In this document: positions 1-9,091 of the stretch, one piece after another
Layout: each line of letters opens with the position of its first letter
Position numbering within the stretch: the first letter of the stretch is position 1
Origin: an uncultured Candidatus Saccharibacteria bacterium
GTDB taxonomy: Bacteria; Patescibacteriota; Minisyncoccia; UBA6257; GWB1-50-10
Assembly (NCBI GenBank): GCA_964365955.1
Contig: CAYISA010000005.1
Span: forward strand, 751-64,750
DNA: 64,000 nucleotides
Direction of reading: 5' to 3'
Notes under the pieces: generated by a model
What the model saw: only the letters and a program-made list of their open reading frames with translations
What the model was told of the DNA's origin: nothing
Database searches by the model: none
Program-made: the position numbers and the translations under genes

Positions 1-1
1 G

Positions 2-712
2 GCATGGATTCTGAATACTCTCACGCCGTTTGGAGAACTCCGCCGCATGACCCAATTTAAAGATAAGTCCGAGACCGCGCCGGAAAATATAAACGTCGGC
101 TTATTTTCTTATCCAACCCTTATGGCCGCGGATATCCTGCTTTACGATGCCAAATATGTACCCGTCGGCGACGATCAGCTCCAGCACCTAGAACTTGCCC
201 GCACACTTGCGAGAAAATTTAATGGGCGTTTTGGAAAAACGTTCGTGGAGCCCCAGTCGCTTCTTACGGAAATTCCCCGCTTGATGAGTTTGGATGATCC
301 GACCAAAAAAATGTCCAAATCGCAGCCCTCGGGATGTCTATTCTTGGACGATGCACCGGACATTATCCGTTCCAAAATCAAAACCGCGGTAACGGATTCG
401 GGCCGCGAAGTCACCTATAATCCTGAACGCAAAAAGGCAGTGAGTAGTTTAATTCTTATTTATTCGGCACTTAGCGGAAAATCCATCAAAGCCATTGAAC
501 AGATGTTTAAGGGAAAGGGGTACGGCGAATTCAAAAAATCTCTCGCGGAAGCCGCGGTCTCTGCATTCGCACCGTTTCAAAAAAAGAAACGCGCGCTATT
601 AAAAAGACAAAAAACGCTCCACGCGATGCTTGCGCGCGGCAACAAAAAAGCGTTAGAGGTTTCCACGAAAAAAATGGAAAACATCAAGAAGAGCATAGGA
701 CTTTCACTATAA
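2..712 (+). CDS. trpS: Tryptophanyl-tRNA synthetase, 5'-truncated at the window edge (C-terminal ~237 aa).
   Basis: The frame is open from base 2. Motifs GELRRMTQFKDKS, LMAADILLY, VPVGDDQLQHLEL and KMSKS align collinearly with E. coli TrpRS. Confidence 0.9.
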   Translation, partial: AWILNTLTPFGELRRMTQFKDKSETAPENINVGLFSYPTLMAADILLYDAKYVPVGDDQLQHLELARTLARKFNGRFGKTFVEPQSLLTEIPRLMSLDDPTKKMSKSQPSGCLFLDDAPDIIRSKIKTAVTDSGREVTYNPERKKAVSSLILIYSALSGKSIKAIEQMFKGKGYGEFKKSLAEAAVSAFAPFQKKKRALLKRQKTLHAMLARGNKKALEVSTKKMENIKKSIGLSL

Positions 713-957
713 TCCTTGACCCCGAAACTTAAGAGGGTGTAGTATAGAATTCTGCTCCTTAACAGGACGGGACGGATGGGGCTACGATCCCAGACCTCAC
801 TCCACAGCGTGGGAACTGCAAGCCCCGCACGGACATCCGATTATCCGTAATGAACGAAAAGTTGCGGTAGACGCACTTGGTTCAGCGTTTTCTTTGCCGC
901 TTTATGCGACTACAGGGGAACAAAAGTCCGGGTAAAGGCACGGGCAGGATCATCAAC

Positions 958-991
958 GCCGGCGAAGGACATCTCCTTCGCCGGATTTTTT
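958..991 (+). terminator. Rho-independent terminator downstream of trpS.
   Basis: GC hairpin gccggcgaagg/ccttcgccgg followed by a T6 run. Confidence 0.6.
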
Positions 992-1029
992 ATAATGAAA
1001 TTCCTTTTTAAACCGCTTCATAGCGCTAT

Positions 1030-1058
1030 TTGACAATCGTAAAGAATAGGTATACAAT
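1030..1058 (+). promoter_or_regulatory. Sigma70-like promoter for the small ORF starting at 1108.
   Basis: TTGACA (1030-1035), a 17-nt spacer, then TACAAT (1053-1058). A GGAGAA RBS sits about 8 nt before the ATG at 1108. Confidence 0.45.
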
Positions 1059-1107
1059 CAAATCAGAACTTTAAATTCACTTTTCCCCTCATTTTTTTGG
1101 AGAATAT

Positions 1108-1380
1108 ATGAAAATTTCCGATTTCGGGCATAATCCTTACGCGTGCAGCTTTCCGGATTGCAAAGCAAAGGGACCCGCGGACGAGATGTGGAACGTGAAA
1201 GGAAAACCCATAATCCTCTGCGGAGAACACGCATACAAAGTGCGTGAGCACGGATTCCATACGTATCGGCTGTCAAATACCTTGGAGTTTTTGGAAGAGC
1301 AGAAGCTCCGGGAAAACCACTTTTTTACACAACTGGAGGAGCTGGTCCGTCAGCCCCAAAAACAGCACCAAAAGAAGTAG
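1108..1380 (+). CDS. Hypothetical small Cys-containing protein (90 aa), possibly a zinc ribbon.
   Basis: The ORF has its own promoter, RBS and terminator. Cys pairs CSFPDC and LCGEH. No family recognised. Confidence 0.5.
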   Translation: MKISDFGHNPYACSFPDCKAKGPADEMWNVKGKPIILCGEHAYKVREHGFHTYRLSNTLEFLEEQKLRENHFFTQLEELVRQPQKQHQKK

Positions 1381-1388
1381 GTTCCAAC

Positions 1389-1424
1389 ACCCCCGTCCAT
1401 TCATTGGACGGGGGCTTTTTTTTA
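1389..1424 (+). terminator. Rho-independent terminator.
   Basis: ccccgtcc-attcattg-ggacgggggc hairpin followed by T8. Confidence 0.65.
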
Positions 1425-1707
1425 TCAGAACACGAAAATGCTAAAATAAGACCAGAACCTAAAGTTTCGTAGGCAGCTCTCGGATCCCGCACTGCCATTA
1501 CGCTCCGGACGCCATTCCGGAAAAAATGCGGTTCCGCCGATTTTTGTGCGGAACAGGTGAGATGCTGATCCCCCCGCGTTTTAAAGGAGAATCTTTGTAC
1601 TCCAGCGACGAGCGTAAGTTGTCTTTTGCGTTCAAGCATCGTCCGCAGAAACGCCGCTTGCCGAAGTCCTAACACTGGCAAAAGGACAGGGATCCGTTGT
1701 GCGTTTA

Positions 1708-1731
1708 GCGAGGGCAAAAACCCTCGCTTTT
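1708..1731 (+). terminator. Rho-independent terminator.
   Basis: gcgaggg-caaaaa-ccctcgc hairpin followed by TTTTTATTT. Confidence 0.5.
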
Positions 1732-1770
1732 TATTTGTAAATCGTGAAAAGGACGCGTTATACTCTACTT

Positions 1771-2607
1771 ATGAATACAAATAGAATGGAGGATCAAATT
1801 TTAAATTCTCTTACAATCGACCAAGCATACAAACAAGCAATAAAAAAGATGCGCAGAGAGGCGATTAATCCGGAAACATTCCGCGATATTTATCACGAGG
1901 GCGTGGATAAGGATAACACCTATGTAAAAGCAATGGAAGATAAGTTTAAACAAGATTCCACTTCCGAAAAAGAGGAGGTGTTGAAACTTGCGACCGTGTT
2001 TGAGGGTATTATCCACGAAAACGCCGAGTTAAGCGATTGGCTGGGACAAAATGCGCAGACTTTCAAAACATCGCGGTTCGACGATATCGCGAACGGCGTT
2101 GACACCATCGTAGAGTTTGAAGAAAGTGAGACTACCGCATCGCATTTGGCGCTCGCGATTGATGTAACCTTCAGCAGCGATACCGAACGTAAACTCGCGG
2201 ACATTCGCGATAAAATCAAAAAGGGGGAACTCACGAAAATAAAATACTTCGCATCAGAGCACCTGGGGATGCGTGGAGAACTCGCAAAAGTGCCACGCGT
2301 TATCATCGGCGCGGAATCAAAAACCATCAAACAGCTCGCGGAATTATGGATAGAAGGGGACAAGAAAAAAGAACTCGGTGTACACCCTATCCAATTTCAA
2401 ATTCTTGAGGAAATTGTAGAACAACTCGAAACATTCCAGAACTTTGCGGAAAGAAACCATCAACCGGAATTGGCGGCGATTTTTGAGAAACGTCTTGCGT
2501 TCGTAAGTAAAATCCTTGAGGAAAAACGGATCATGCTCGACGACAACGGCGAGCGCGACAGCGTGTTTGAAGATATCGAACGCAATTTAAGAACGATGTT
2601 CGTCTGA
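1771..2607 (+). CDS. Hypothetical protein (~279 aa), probably leaderless.
   Basis: Long ORF. The GTG at 1744 given in the ORF track lies inside a TTGTAA-18 nt-TATACT promoter (1735-1764), so the ATG at 1771 (or 1786) is more plausible. No family recognised. Confidence 0.5.
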   Translation: MNTNRMEDQILNSLTIDQAYKQAIKKMRREAINPETFRDIYHEGVDKDNTYVKAMEDKFKQDSTSEKEEVLKLATVFEGIIHENAELSDWLGQNAQTFKTSRFDDIANGVDTIVEFEESETTASHLALAIDVTFSSDTERKLADIRDKIKKGELTKIKYFASEHLGMRGELAKVPRVIIGAESKTIKQLAELWIEGDKKKELGVHPIQFQILEEIVEQLETFQNFAERNHQPELAAIFEKRLAFVSKILEEKRIMLDDNGERDSVFEDIERNLRTMFV

Positions 2608-5600
2608 TTACTCCACTTTTCGTAGCGCGATCCACAAGGGCCATTCCTCGAATTTCGTCTCAAGTTCTACCGTGAATCGCTTTACACGTTTATACTCGAT
2701 TGCTTTTGCGTTTACTTCTGTCCCAATATTTTTGCGATTTTTTTCAATAAACGGGATAAGCTCTTTGCACTCGACATGGATTACAATCCTATTCTTCGGT
2801 TCCAGCTTCGCGTCCTGCCGCAGATCCTGCACCAAACGGATAAACTCGCGCACAAGTCCTTCTTCCTTTAGCGCTGGCGTTACACGAATGTCGAGCTCAA
2901 TCGGACGTTTGATGTCGTTATCCACGTAGGCATTTTTTACATTCACCTCTTCCGAGAGAAGCACCATCAGTTCTTTGTTTCCCCACAGATAGTTGTTCTC
3001 CGTTTTCACGCGCAGCATCTGAAGCGGCTGGCGCACTTTAATCGCCGCTTCGGCGCGCTTCGCAAGCGCCAAACTTGCGAACTCGCGGATCTCTGTCATG
3101 CCTTTAATCAGTTTTTCATTCGTCAGCGCTTTTTTCATTTTTGGCCAGTCCGTCAGATGGACCGAAAGCGTCTTGTTCCCCTCTGACACCAGCGATTTAT
3201 AAAGCGCCTCGGAAAAAAACGGCATAAAGGGCGCGAGTAACTGGCTTAACACATAAAGACAGTGTCCCAGCATTTTTGACGCCGCTTCATGGTCCGCCTG
3301 TGTTTCCGGTTTTTGAAGACGCCGTCGCGAGCGGCGAATATACCACCGGGAAAGATCTCCGGTAAATATTTCGATTGTTCTCCCAGCGGTTCCGGGGTTA
3401 TAAGCATCCATCGCTTTTGTGACACTCTTCGTTGTTTCCTCAAGGCGCGCCAAAATCCACCGGTCAAGAACGTGCTTCGGATTGCCTATAGTGAGCGGGA
3501 AATTGAATTTTTTGGCATAGGTTTCGTAAAAAATGAACGAATGATAAACCATCAGCACGAACTGGCGCAGGGTTTTTCCGAGTTCTGCTTCGTCGAATTT
3601 TTTTGGTTCGCCGGGCGGATTTACTGTAAACAGATACCACCGCACCGCGTCCGCTCCATACTTTGCGATCACCCCCCAAGCGTCTACCGCGTTCCCTTTC
3701 GATTTGGACATTTTCTGCCCGTTCTTATCAAGCACGTGTCCCAAACAGATAACATTTTTGTAAGGAGTTGTTTTATCTAAGAGGATGGACTCGGCAAGCA
3801 GGGTATAGAACCAACCGCGCGTTTGATCTACCGCTTCTGAAATATAATCAGCAGGAAAATCTATTTTTTCTTTTGCAAAAGGATAGTGCGCCTGTGCAAA
3901 CGGCATCGCGCCGGAATCAAACCATACGTCCGCCACTTCCGGAATGCGCGTCATGCGTTCGTGGCATTTTTCGCAAGGGAATGTTACGTCATCCACATAT
4001 GGGCGATGAGGGTCCGCGAAGTTCCAGCCGTTCCGCGGAAGCTTCAAAAATGGAACTTTGCGAAATTCCGTCGTCTCGATAAAATCATTACCACGCTTTT
4101 CTTTCTCCGTAATCGCCCGTTCTTCACCCCATCCGCTCATCACGGTCTGCATCATCCAGACGGGATACTCGTGACTCACAACCAAAATAGTTTTTCCTTC
4201 GTATTTTTTCTCGAGTGTTTCAAGACCTTCGTAAACGCGCTTCGCAAGATCGCGGAGTGATTCGCCTTTTGGCGTCCGTTTTGTAAATTTCTCCGCATAG
4301 GACGAAAAATACGCGTGATAGTCCTCACCCTTTTTTCCGTCAAAAATTCCTGTATTTATTTCGCGGAATTTTTTCTCGAAAATTATCTTTTTGATTCCCA
4401 GTTCGCTTGCGACAATTTCCGCCGTTTCGCGGGTGCGGCGAAAATCCGACGCTACGATGATATCAATATTTTCTTTTTTCAGTTTTTTTGCGGACCGTTC
4501 GGCAATAACGCGTCCTTTCAGGGTAAGGGGGTATACATTCCGCTTTGCAGGACTACTATTTATTTTTTTCATCAAGATATTTTGCGGTTCACCGTGCCGC
4601 ATTAAAATGTAGCGATTTTTAGCGCCTCCCTGCAATTGGCTTAATTCTTCATACCCACCTACCGCGCGCACTCCCCCACATTTTTTGCACTCCCAGAGCG
4701 GAAGCGGAGTGCCCCAGTAGCGTTCGCGCGAAATCGCCCAGTCCTTCACTTCGCGGAGCCACTCGCCAAACCGGCCCTCCTTCACGGATTCCGGAACCCA
4801 GCGGATTTTTTTGTTTTCCCGAAGCAATTCTTTGCGGAATTTGCTCATCGCGATAAACCAGGAGTCCCGCGCGTAATACAAAAGCGGTGTATCACACCGC
4901 CAGCAAAACGGATAGTCGTGCTTGTAAGGTTCCGTACGGAGCAAGAGCCCCTTTTTCTCCAGATCGTCCACAATCTTTTTTTCCGTCTCCTTGGCTTTAA
5001 CGTACATGCCTGCATATGCCGGAACGTCACTGGTGAATTTTCCTTGCAGGTCCACCGTGTGGTGCTGCGGCAGGCCAACCTCCTTTCCCAGATTGTAATC
5101 GTCTTCTCCGTACATCACTGCCGTGTGGACTACGCCCGTGCCATCTTCTGCCCCGACAAATTTTGCCGGATAGATTTTGTACGCCGCGCTTGATTTTTTA
5201 AACGCCTCAACGGAAAAAAGGGGTTCATAGGCGAGCCCAACCAGATCTTTTCCTTTTACGCTCGCCACAACGGTGTGTGGATCTTTCAAAACCGAGAGAC
5301 GATTCGTCGCAAGAATATAAATTTCTTTTTTCTTTCCTTCTCCCACGTTCACAACGGAATACTCGATATTCGCCCCCACCGCAAGCGCGACATTCCCCGG
5401 CAGTGTCCACGGCGTGGTCGTCCACGAAAGCACGTAGGTGGAAGCACCTGACCCCGCTTTTCTACCCACAGACTGCCCCTTCTTTAGCTTAAATTTGATG
5501 TATACGGAGGTTTCTTCCACTTCCCGGTATCCTAAGGCGATCTCGTGAGATGAAAGCGCCGTACCGCACCGGGTGCACCATGCCACCACTTTATGGCCTT

Positions 5601-6117
5601 TATAGAGGAGCCCGCGCTCCCAGACGCGCTTTAAGATCCACCAGAGCGTCTCGATATAGGAATTTTCATATGTAATGTAGGGGTGCCGCATATCGAGCCA
5701 GAATCCAATACGCTCGGTTAGGCGTTCCCACTCGTCTTTATAGGTCCAGACGGATTCTTTGCATTTTGCGTTGAATGCACCGATGCCGTATTTCTCGATA
5801 TCTTTTTTCGAGTTCAATCCCAGTTTTTTTTCCACCTCCAATTCCACCGGAAGTCCGTGCGTATCCCAGCCGCCTTTGCGTGAAACAAAATATCCCCGCA
5901 TGGTCCGATAGCGCGGGATCACGTCTTTGAATGCACGCGCCAATACGTGGTGGATACCCGGGCGGCCGTTTGCGGTGGGCGGCCCTTCATAAAAAACAAA
6001 CTTCTTTCCGTGAGCGCGTTGTTCAAGTGATTTTTCGAATATCTTATGTTCCTTCCAAAACTGAAGGATTTTTTCTTCTATTTCTGGAAGTGAGAATTTT
6101 TGAAGTTTTCTAAGCAT
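2608..6117 (-). CDS. ileS: Isoleucyl-tRNA synthetase with an inserted histidine-phosphatase-like domain.
   Basis: Class I aaRS motifs (PPTANGRPGIHHV, WCTRCGTALS, CWRC zinc knuckle, KMSKSKGN) are collinear with IleRS. An extra ~200 aa between WECKKCGG and HRPYVDD carries RHGE...SHE motifs. Confidence 0.92.
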   Translation of the reverse strand: MLRKLQKFSLPEIEEKILQFWKEHKIFEKSLEQRAHGKKFVFYEGPPTANGRPGIHHVLARAFKDVIPRYRTMRGYFVSRKGGWDTHGLPVELEVEKKLGLNSKKDIEKYGIGAFNAKCKESVWTYKDEWERLTERIGFWLDMRHPYITYENSYIETLWWILKRVWERGLLYKGHKVVAWCTRCGTALSSHEIALGYREVEETSVYIKFKLKKGQSVGRKAGSGASTYVLSWTTTPWTLPGNVALAVGANIEYSVVNVGEGKKKEIYILATNRLSVLKDPHTVVASVKGKDLVGLAYEPLFSVEAFKKSSAAYKIYPAKFVGAEDGTGVVHTAVMYGEDDYNLGKEVGLPQHHTVDLQGKFTSDVPAYAGMYVKAKETEKKIVDDLEKKGLLLRTEPYKHDYPFCWRCDTPLLYYARDSWFIAMSKFRKELLRENKKIRWVPESVKEGRFGEWLREVKDWAISRERYWGTPLPLWECKKCGGVRAVGGYEELSQLQGGAKNRYILMRHGEPQNILMKKINSSPAKRNVYPLTLKGRVIAERSAKKLKKENIDIIVASDFRRTRETAEIVASELGIKKIIFEKKFREINTGIFDGKKGEDYHAYFSSYAEKFTKRTPKGESLRDLAKRVYEGLETLEKKYEGKTILVVSHEYPVWMMQTVMSGWGEERAITEKEKRGNDFIETTEFRKVPFLKLPRNGWNFADPHRPYVDDVTFPCEKCHERMTRIPEVADVWFDSGAMPFAQAHYPFAKEKIDFPADYISEAVDQTRGWFYTLLAESILLDKTTPYKNVICLGHVLDKNGQKMSKSKGNAVDAWGVIAKYGADAVRWYLFTVNPPGEPKKFDEAELGKTLRQFVLMVYHSFIFYETYAKKFNFPLTIGNPKHVLDRWILARLEETTKSVTKAMDAYNPGTAGRTIEIFTGDLSRWYIRRSRRRLQKPETQADHEAASKMLGHCLYVLSQLLAPFMPFFSEALYKSLVSEGNKTLSVHLTDWPKMKKALTNEKLIKGMTEIREFASLALAKRAEAAIKVRQPLQMLRVKTENNYLWGNKELMVLLSEEVNVKNAYVDNDIKRPIELDIRVTPALKEEGLVREFIRLVQDLRQDAKLEPKNRIVIHVECKELIPFIEKNRKNIGTEVNAKAIEYKRVKRFTVELETKFEEWPLWIALRKVE

Positions 6118-6163
6118 ATTCCTCTCATTTTATATAAAATGCGACTCTTTTTCCAATCATAGA

Positions 6164-6598
6164 TTGTATAATAGAGTTATGGAAACTCACCCATCTATCC
6201 GCAACGTAAACGAAGAGCATCGCCAGAAACTTTCGCGGCTGGATAAATTTGCGCTCTGGATCACGTGTCACGTGGGCACTACTGGATTTTTCCTTCTGAT
6301 TGCCTTCTGGACAGCGCTCTGGCTTCTGTGGAATACGTTCGCCTCACATGAATTGCGTTTTGATCCGTTTCCGGCATTCGCGCTCTGGCTTTTTATCTCG
6401 AATGTCATACAGATTTCCATTCTCCCTCTTATTATGATCGGGCAGAATCTTGAATCGCGCCATGCGGAACTGCGCGCGCAGGCGGACTATGAGGTGAACA
6501 TCAAGGCGGAACAAGAAGTGAAGGTGATAATGGAACACTTGGAGCGTCACGACAAAATGCTCCGTGAGATACTTCAAAAAACGGAGAAGCAAAGCTAA
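6164..6598 (+). CDS. DUF1003-like small membrane protein.
   Basis: Two hydrophobic helices and a C-terminal coiled-coil region, typical of the DUF1003 architecture. Confidence 0.55.
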   Translation: MYNRVMETHPSIRNVNEEHRQKLSRLDKFALWITCHVGTTGFFLLIAFWTALWLLWNTFASHELRFDPFPAFALWLFISNVIQISILPLIMIGQNLESRHAELRAQADYEVNIKAEQEVKVIMEHLERHDKMLREILQKTEKQS

Positions 6599-8263
6599 CT
6601 ACATCTTTTCGGGCGCGGAGATTCCTAGCACCCGGAACAAGTTTTCAAATACTTGGATGGTGGCGCATACCAACCCCAACCGCGCCTGCGCTAGTTTTTC
6701 TTCTTCTCCTGCCACGCGTTCACGCTCGTAAAATATCTGGAATGCCCGCGCTAATTTTATGGCGTAGCGCGGAATACGATGCGCTTGGATGTCATTCGCC
6801 GTGTCCGCAACGATTTCGGGAAACTCCGCGAGCGCAAGCATAAGCCGCATGTCTTCCTCCGTGTGGAGCAAATTCCAATCCGGCCTTCTCTTTATTTCTA
6901 CCGCCTTCTCTTTAATTCCGCGCGCGCGAACATAGGCGTACTGCACGTAAAAAACGGGATTTTTGGATGAGTGTTCTTTCGCAAGTCCCAGATCAAAATC
7001 CATATGCGTTTCGGGTGCGATCATCAAGAAAAAGAACCGTGCCACATCTGCCCCCACATCGTTCACTAGTTCTTCGAATGTTATGAACTCGCCTTTCCGC
7101 TTCGACATCCTTGCTTCTTCTCCGTTTTTTATGAGTCGTACCGCCTGCGTAATCAATACGCGCGAATTCGCAAGCCCCAGAAGTTTTGCCGCCGCTTGGA
7201 TACGCGCTACATAGCCATAATGATCGGGCCCTAAAATATTAATCTTTCCCGTAAAACCGCGATCCTTGGTTTCCAGATAATGGCCGGCGTCCGCCAGAAA
7301 ATAGGTCGGCTCTTTTTCGCTCGTAACAAGGACCCGATCTTTATCGTCTCCATGCTCCGATGTTTTAAGCCACACCGCGCCGTCGCGCTCATATGCGGCA
7401 CCGGCTTTCTTGAACGCCGCAAGCGTTTTTTCGACGAATCCTTTAGCCCGAATATCGTTTTTTTCCGACGTATACCGATCAAACCGAATCCCGGACTTCT
7501 TCTCGATCGTCGTTTTGATCATCCCCAGAAAATCTTGCGCGGCCACCTCTCCCACCGCCTCGGGATTGTTTTTGTTTTCCGAAACGAATTTTTTATGCCC
7601 CGCACTCCACTCCGCGATGTAGGCGCCTTTATAGAACTCGTCTTCCTCGGGAGTATGTCCTTGCGACGCAATGATGGATTTTCCTAAAATAAGCACCTGC
7701 CGACCCATATCGTTTACATAATATTCCCGCTCGACTTCTATTCCAGAAAACGCGAGTGTGTTTGCGATCACGTCGCCCAAAAATCCGCCGCGTCCGTTTG
7801 CGAGCGTAAGGGGCCCCGTCGGGTTCGCGGAGATGAACTCCACCTGAATTTTTTCTTTTGTTTTTTTCCCCGCTCCGTAATTCTTTTTTTCTTTCAGAAT
7901 CACTTCAAGTTCCTTATAAAATGCGTCGGGTGCAAGCCAAATGTTTATAAATCCAGGCGCTACTGCTTCGGCTTTTGCTATTAATTTAGAAGCTTTGTTC
8001 TTTATTTTTTTTACAATATCTTCCGCAATCAAAAGAGGTGGCTGCTTACGGATTTTGGAGAACGAAAACGCAACGTTGGTGCTATAATGTCCGCGGTTTT
8101 CTCCGCTTGCGGTTGGTTCCGAAACCGCAATCTTAAAAGGAGTCGGTCCTTCAACCGCCTCTTCTAAGACCTTATGAATTTCCTCGCGTAGCATAATTCC
8201 ATTTAACACCAAATCATTCTCCTTTTCCATTGCCGCTTTATGGTACGCTACAAGAGATGCCAC
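6599..8263 (-). CDS. argS: Arginyl-tRNA synthetase.
   Basis: SANPTGPLTLANGRGG (HIGH region equivalent) and a DALR anticodon-binding C-terminus. The start may instead be at 8230. Confidence 0.9.
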   Translation of the reverse strand: MASLVAYHKAAMEKENDLVLNGIMLREEIHKVLEEAVEGPTPFKIAVSEPTASGENRGHYSTNVAFSFSKIRKQPPLLIAEDIVKKIKNKASKLIAKAEAVAPGFINIWLAPDAFYKELEVILKEKKNYGAGKKTKEKIQVEFISANPTGPLTLANGRGGFLGDVIANTLAFSGIEVEREYYVNDMGRQVLILGKSIIASQGHTPEEDEFYKGAYIAEWSAGHKKFVSENKNNPEAVGEVAAQDFLGMIKTTIEKKSGIRFDRYTSEKNDIRAKGFVEKTLAAFKKAGAAYERDGAVWLKTSEHGDDKDRVLVTSEKEPTYFLADAGHYLETKDRGFTGKINILGPDHYGYVARIQAAAKLLGLANSRVLITQAVRLIKNGEEARMSKRKGEFITFEELVNDVGADVARFFFLMIAPETHMDFDLGLAKEHSSKNPVFYVQYAYVRARGIKEKAVEIKRRPDWNLLHTEEDMRLMLALAEFPEIVADTANDIQAHRIPRYAIKLARAFQIFYERERVAGEEEKLAQARLGLVCATIQVFENLFRVLGISAPEKM

Positions 8264-8703
8264 CCATTGCCGTCAACAAAAACGCTACCTTCGATTACGA
8301 GATCGCGGAAAAATTCAGCGCGGGCGTGGAACTCACGGGACACGAAGCAAAGTCCGCAAAACGCGGACGGTTTGACCTCTCGGGTGCGCGTGTCAATCTG
8401 CGCGGAGGCGAAGCGTGGCTTGTAGGAACCTCGATTCCTTCTTTCCAACCCGGGAATACCCCTGCGGAGTACGACGTAACGCGCTCCCGCAAGCTTCTTC
8501 TCAAAAAAGATGAGCTTCTGTACTTGGACGGCAAGCTGAAGTCTGGATTGACACTGGTTCCTCTTTGTGCCTATACTAATCGCGGCTTCTTGAAGATTGA
8601 GCTGGGACTCGGTCGCATGCGCAAAAAATACGATAAACGCGAAGCGATAAAAAAACGCGACATGGAGCGCGACCTGCGACGTCTGAAACCGAACGAACAT
8701 TAA
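8257..8703 (+). CDS. smpB: SsrA-binding protein SmpB.
   Basis: IAVNKNATFDYEI...LTGHEAKS...RKLLLKKDEL...GLTLVPL...KREAIKKRD matches the SmpB family. Start taken at the second Met (MPPIAVNK). Confidence 0.85.
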   Translation: MPPIAVNKNATFDYEIAEKFSAGVELTGHEAKSAKRGRFDLSGARVNLRGGEAWLVGTSIPSFQPGNTPAEYDVTRSRKLLLKKDELLYLDGKLKSGLTLVPLCAYTNRGFLKIELGLGRMRKKYDKREAIKKRDMERDLRRLKPNEH

Positions 8704-8714
8704 GAAACGCATAT

Positions 8715-9053
8715 GGGGATGCTGGGCTTTGACAGGGTGCGGAATTGTAAACTTGCAAGCCGAGCCGAACGTCTCGTAAATCCGTTCAAACAACAAAACT
8801 GCCAACAAAACGGCGGCTCCTGCATTCGCTTTCGCGTAATGTAGGGGACCCCCGACCATTTAGCGTCGGGGCATCGGCCCCTCACGCCTTCTAAGGGATC
8901 GCCGGTGTTATAAGAAGGCCCGCGCACGCGAACTTGTTTCGTAGGTCGCGCGCGTTAAACCAAACGAAACAAACTTGTTTCTTTTGAGACTAAGCTTGTA
9001 GAGAGTTCATGAGGATCCACCTTGGACGTCGGTTCAACTCCGACCATCTCCAC
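8715..9053 (+). ncRNA. ssrA: tmRNA (ssrA).
   Basis: 5' GGGGAUGCUGGGCUUUGACAGGG matches the tmRNA 5' consensus. 3' T-arm GUCGGUUCAACUCCGAC then CAUCUCC-A closes a 7-bp acceptor stem with a G3:U wobble (Ala identity). Internal tag frame ...ANKTAAPAFAFA ends at TAA 8837-8839. It lies immediately downstream of smpB. Confidence 0.8.
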
Positions 9054-9091
9054 AATATAAAAACGCCTTTTTTAAGGGCGTTTTATATATT

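Noticed and set aside
1325-1717. 130-aa minus-strand ORF.
   Set aside because: It spans two plus-strand terminators and the 3' end of the ORF at 1108-1380. It has no support.
6118-6163. T-box or other riboswitch leaders upstream of ileS, argS or trpS.
   Set aside because: The upstream spacers are too short (46 nt for ileS; argS overlaps smpB). No specifier or T-box motif is visible.
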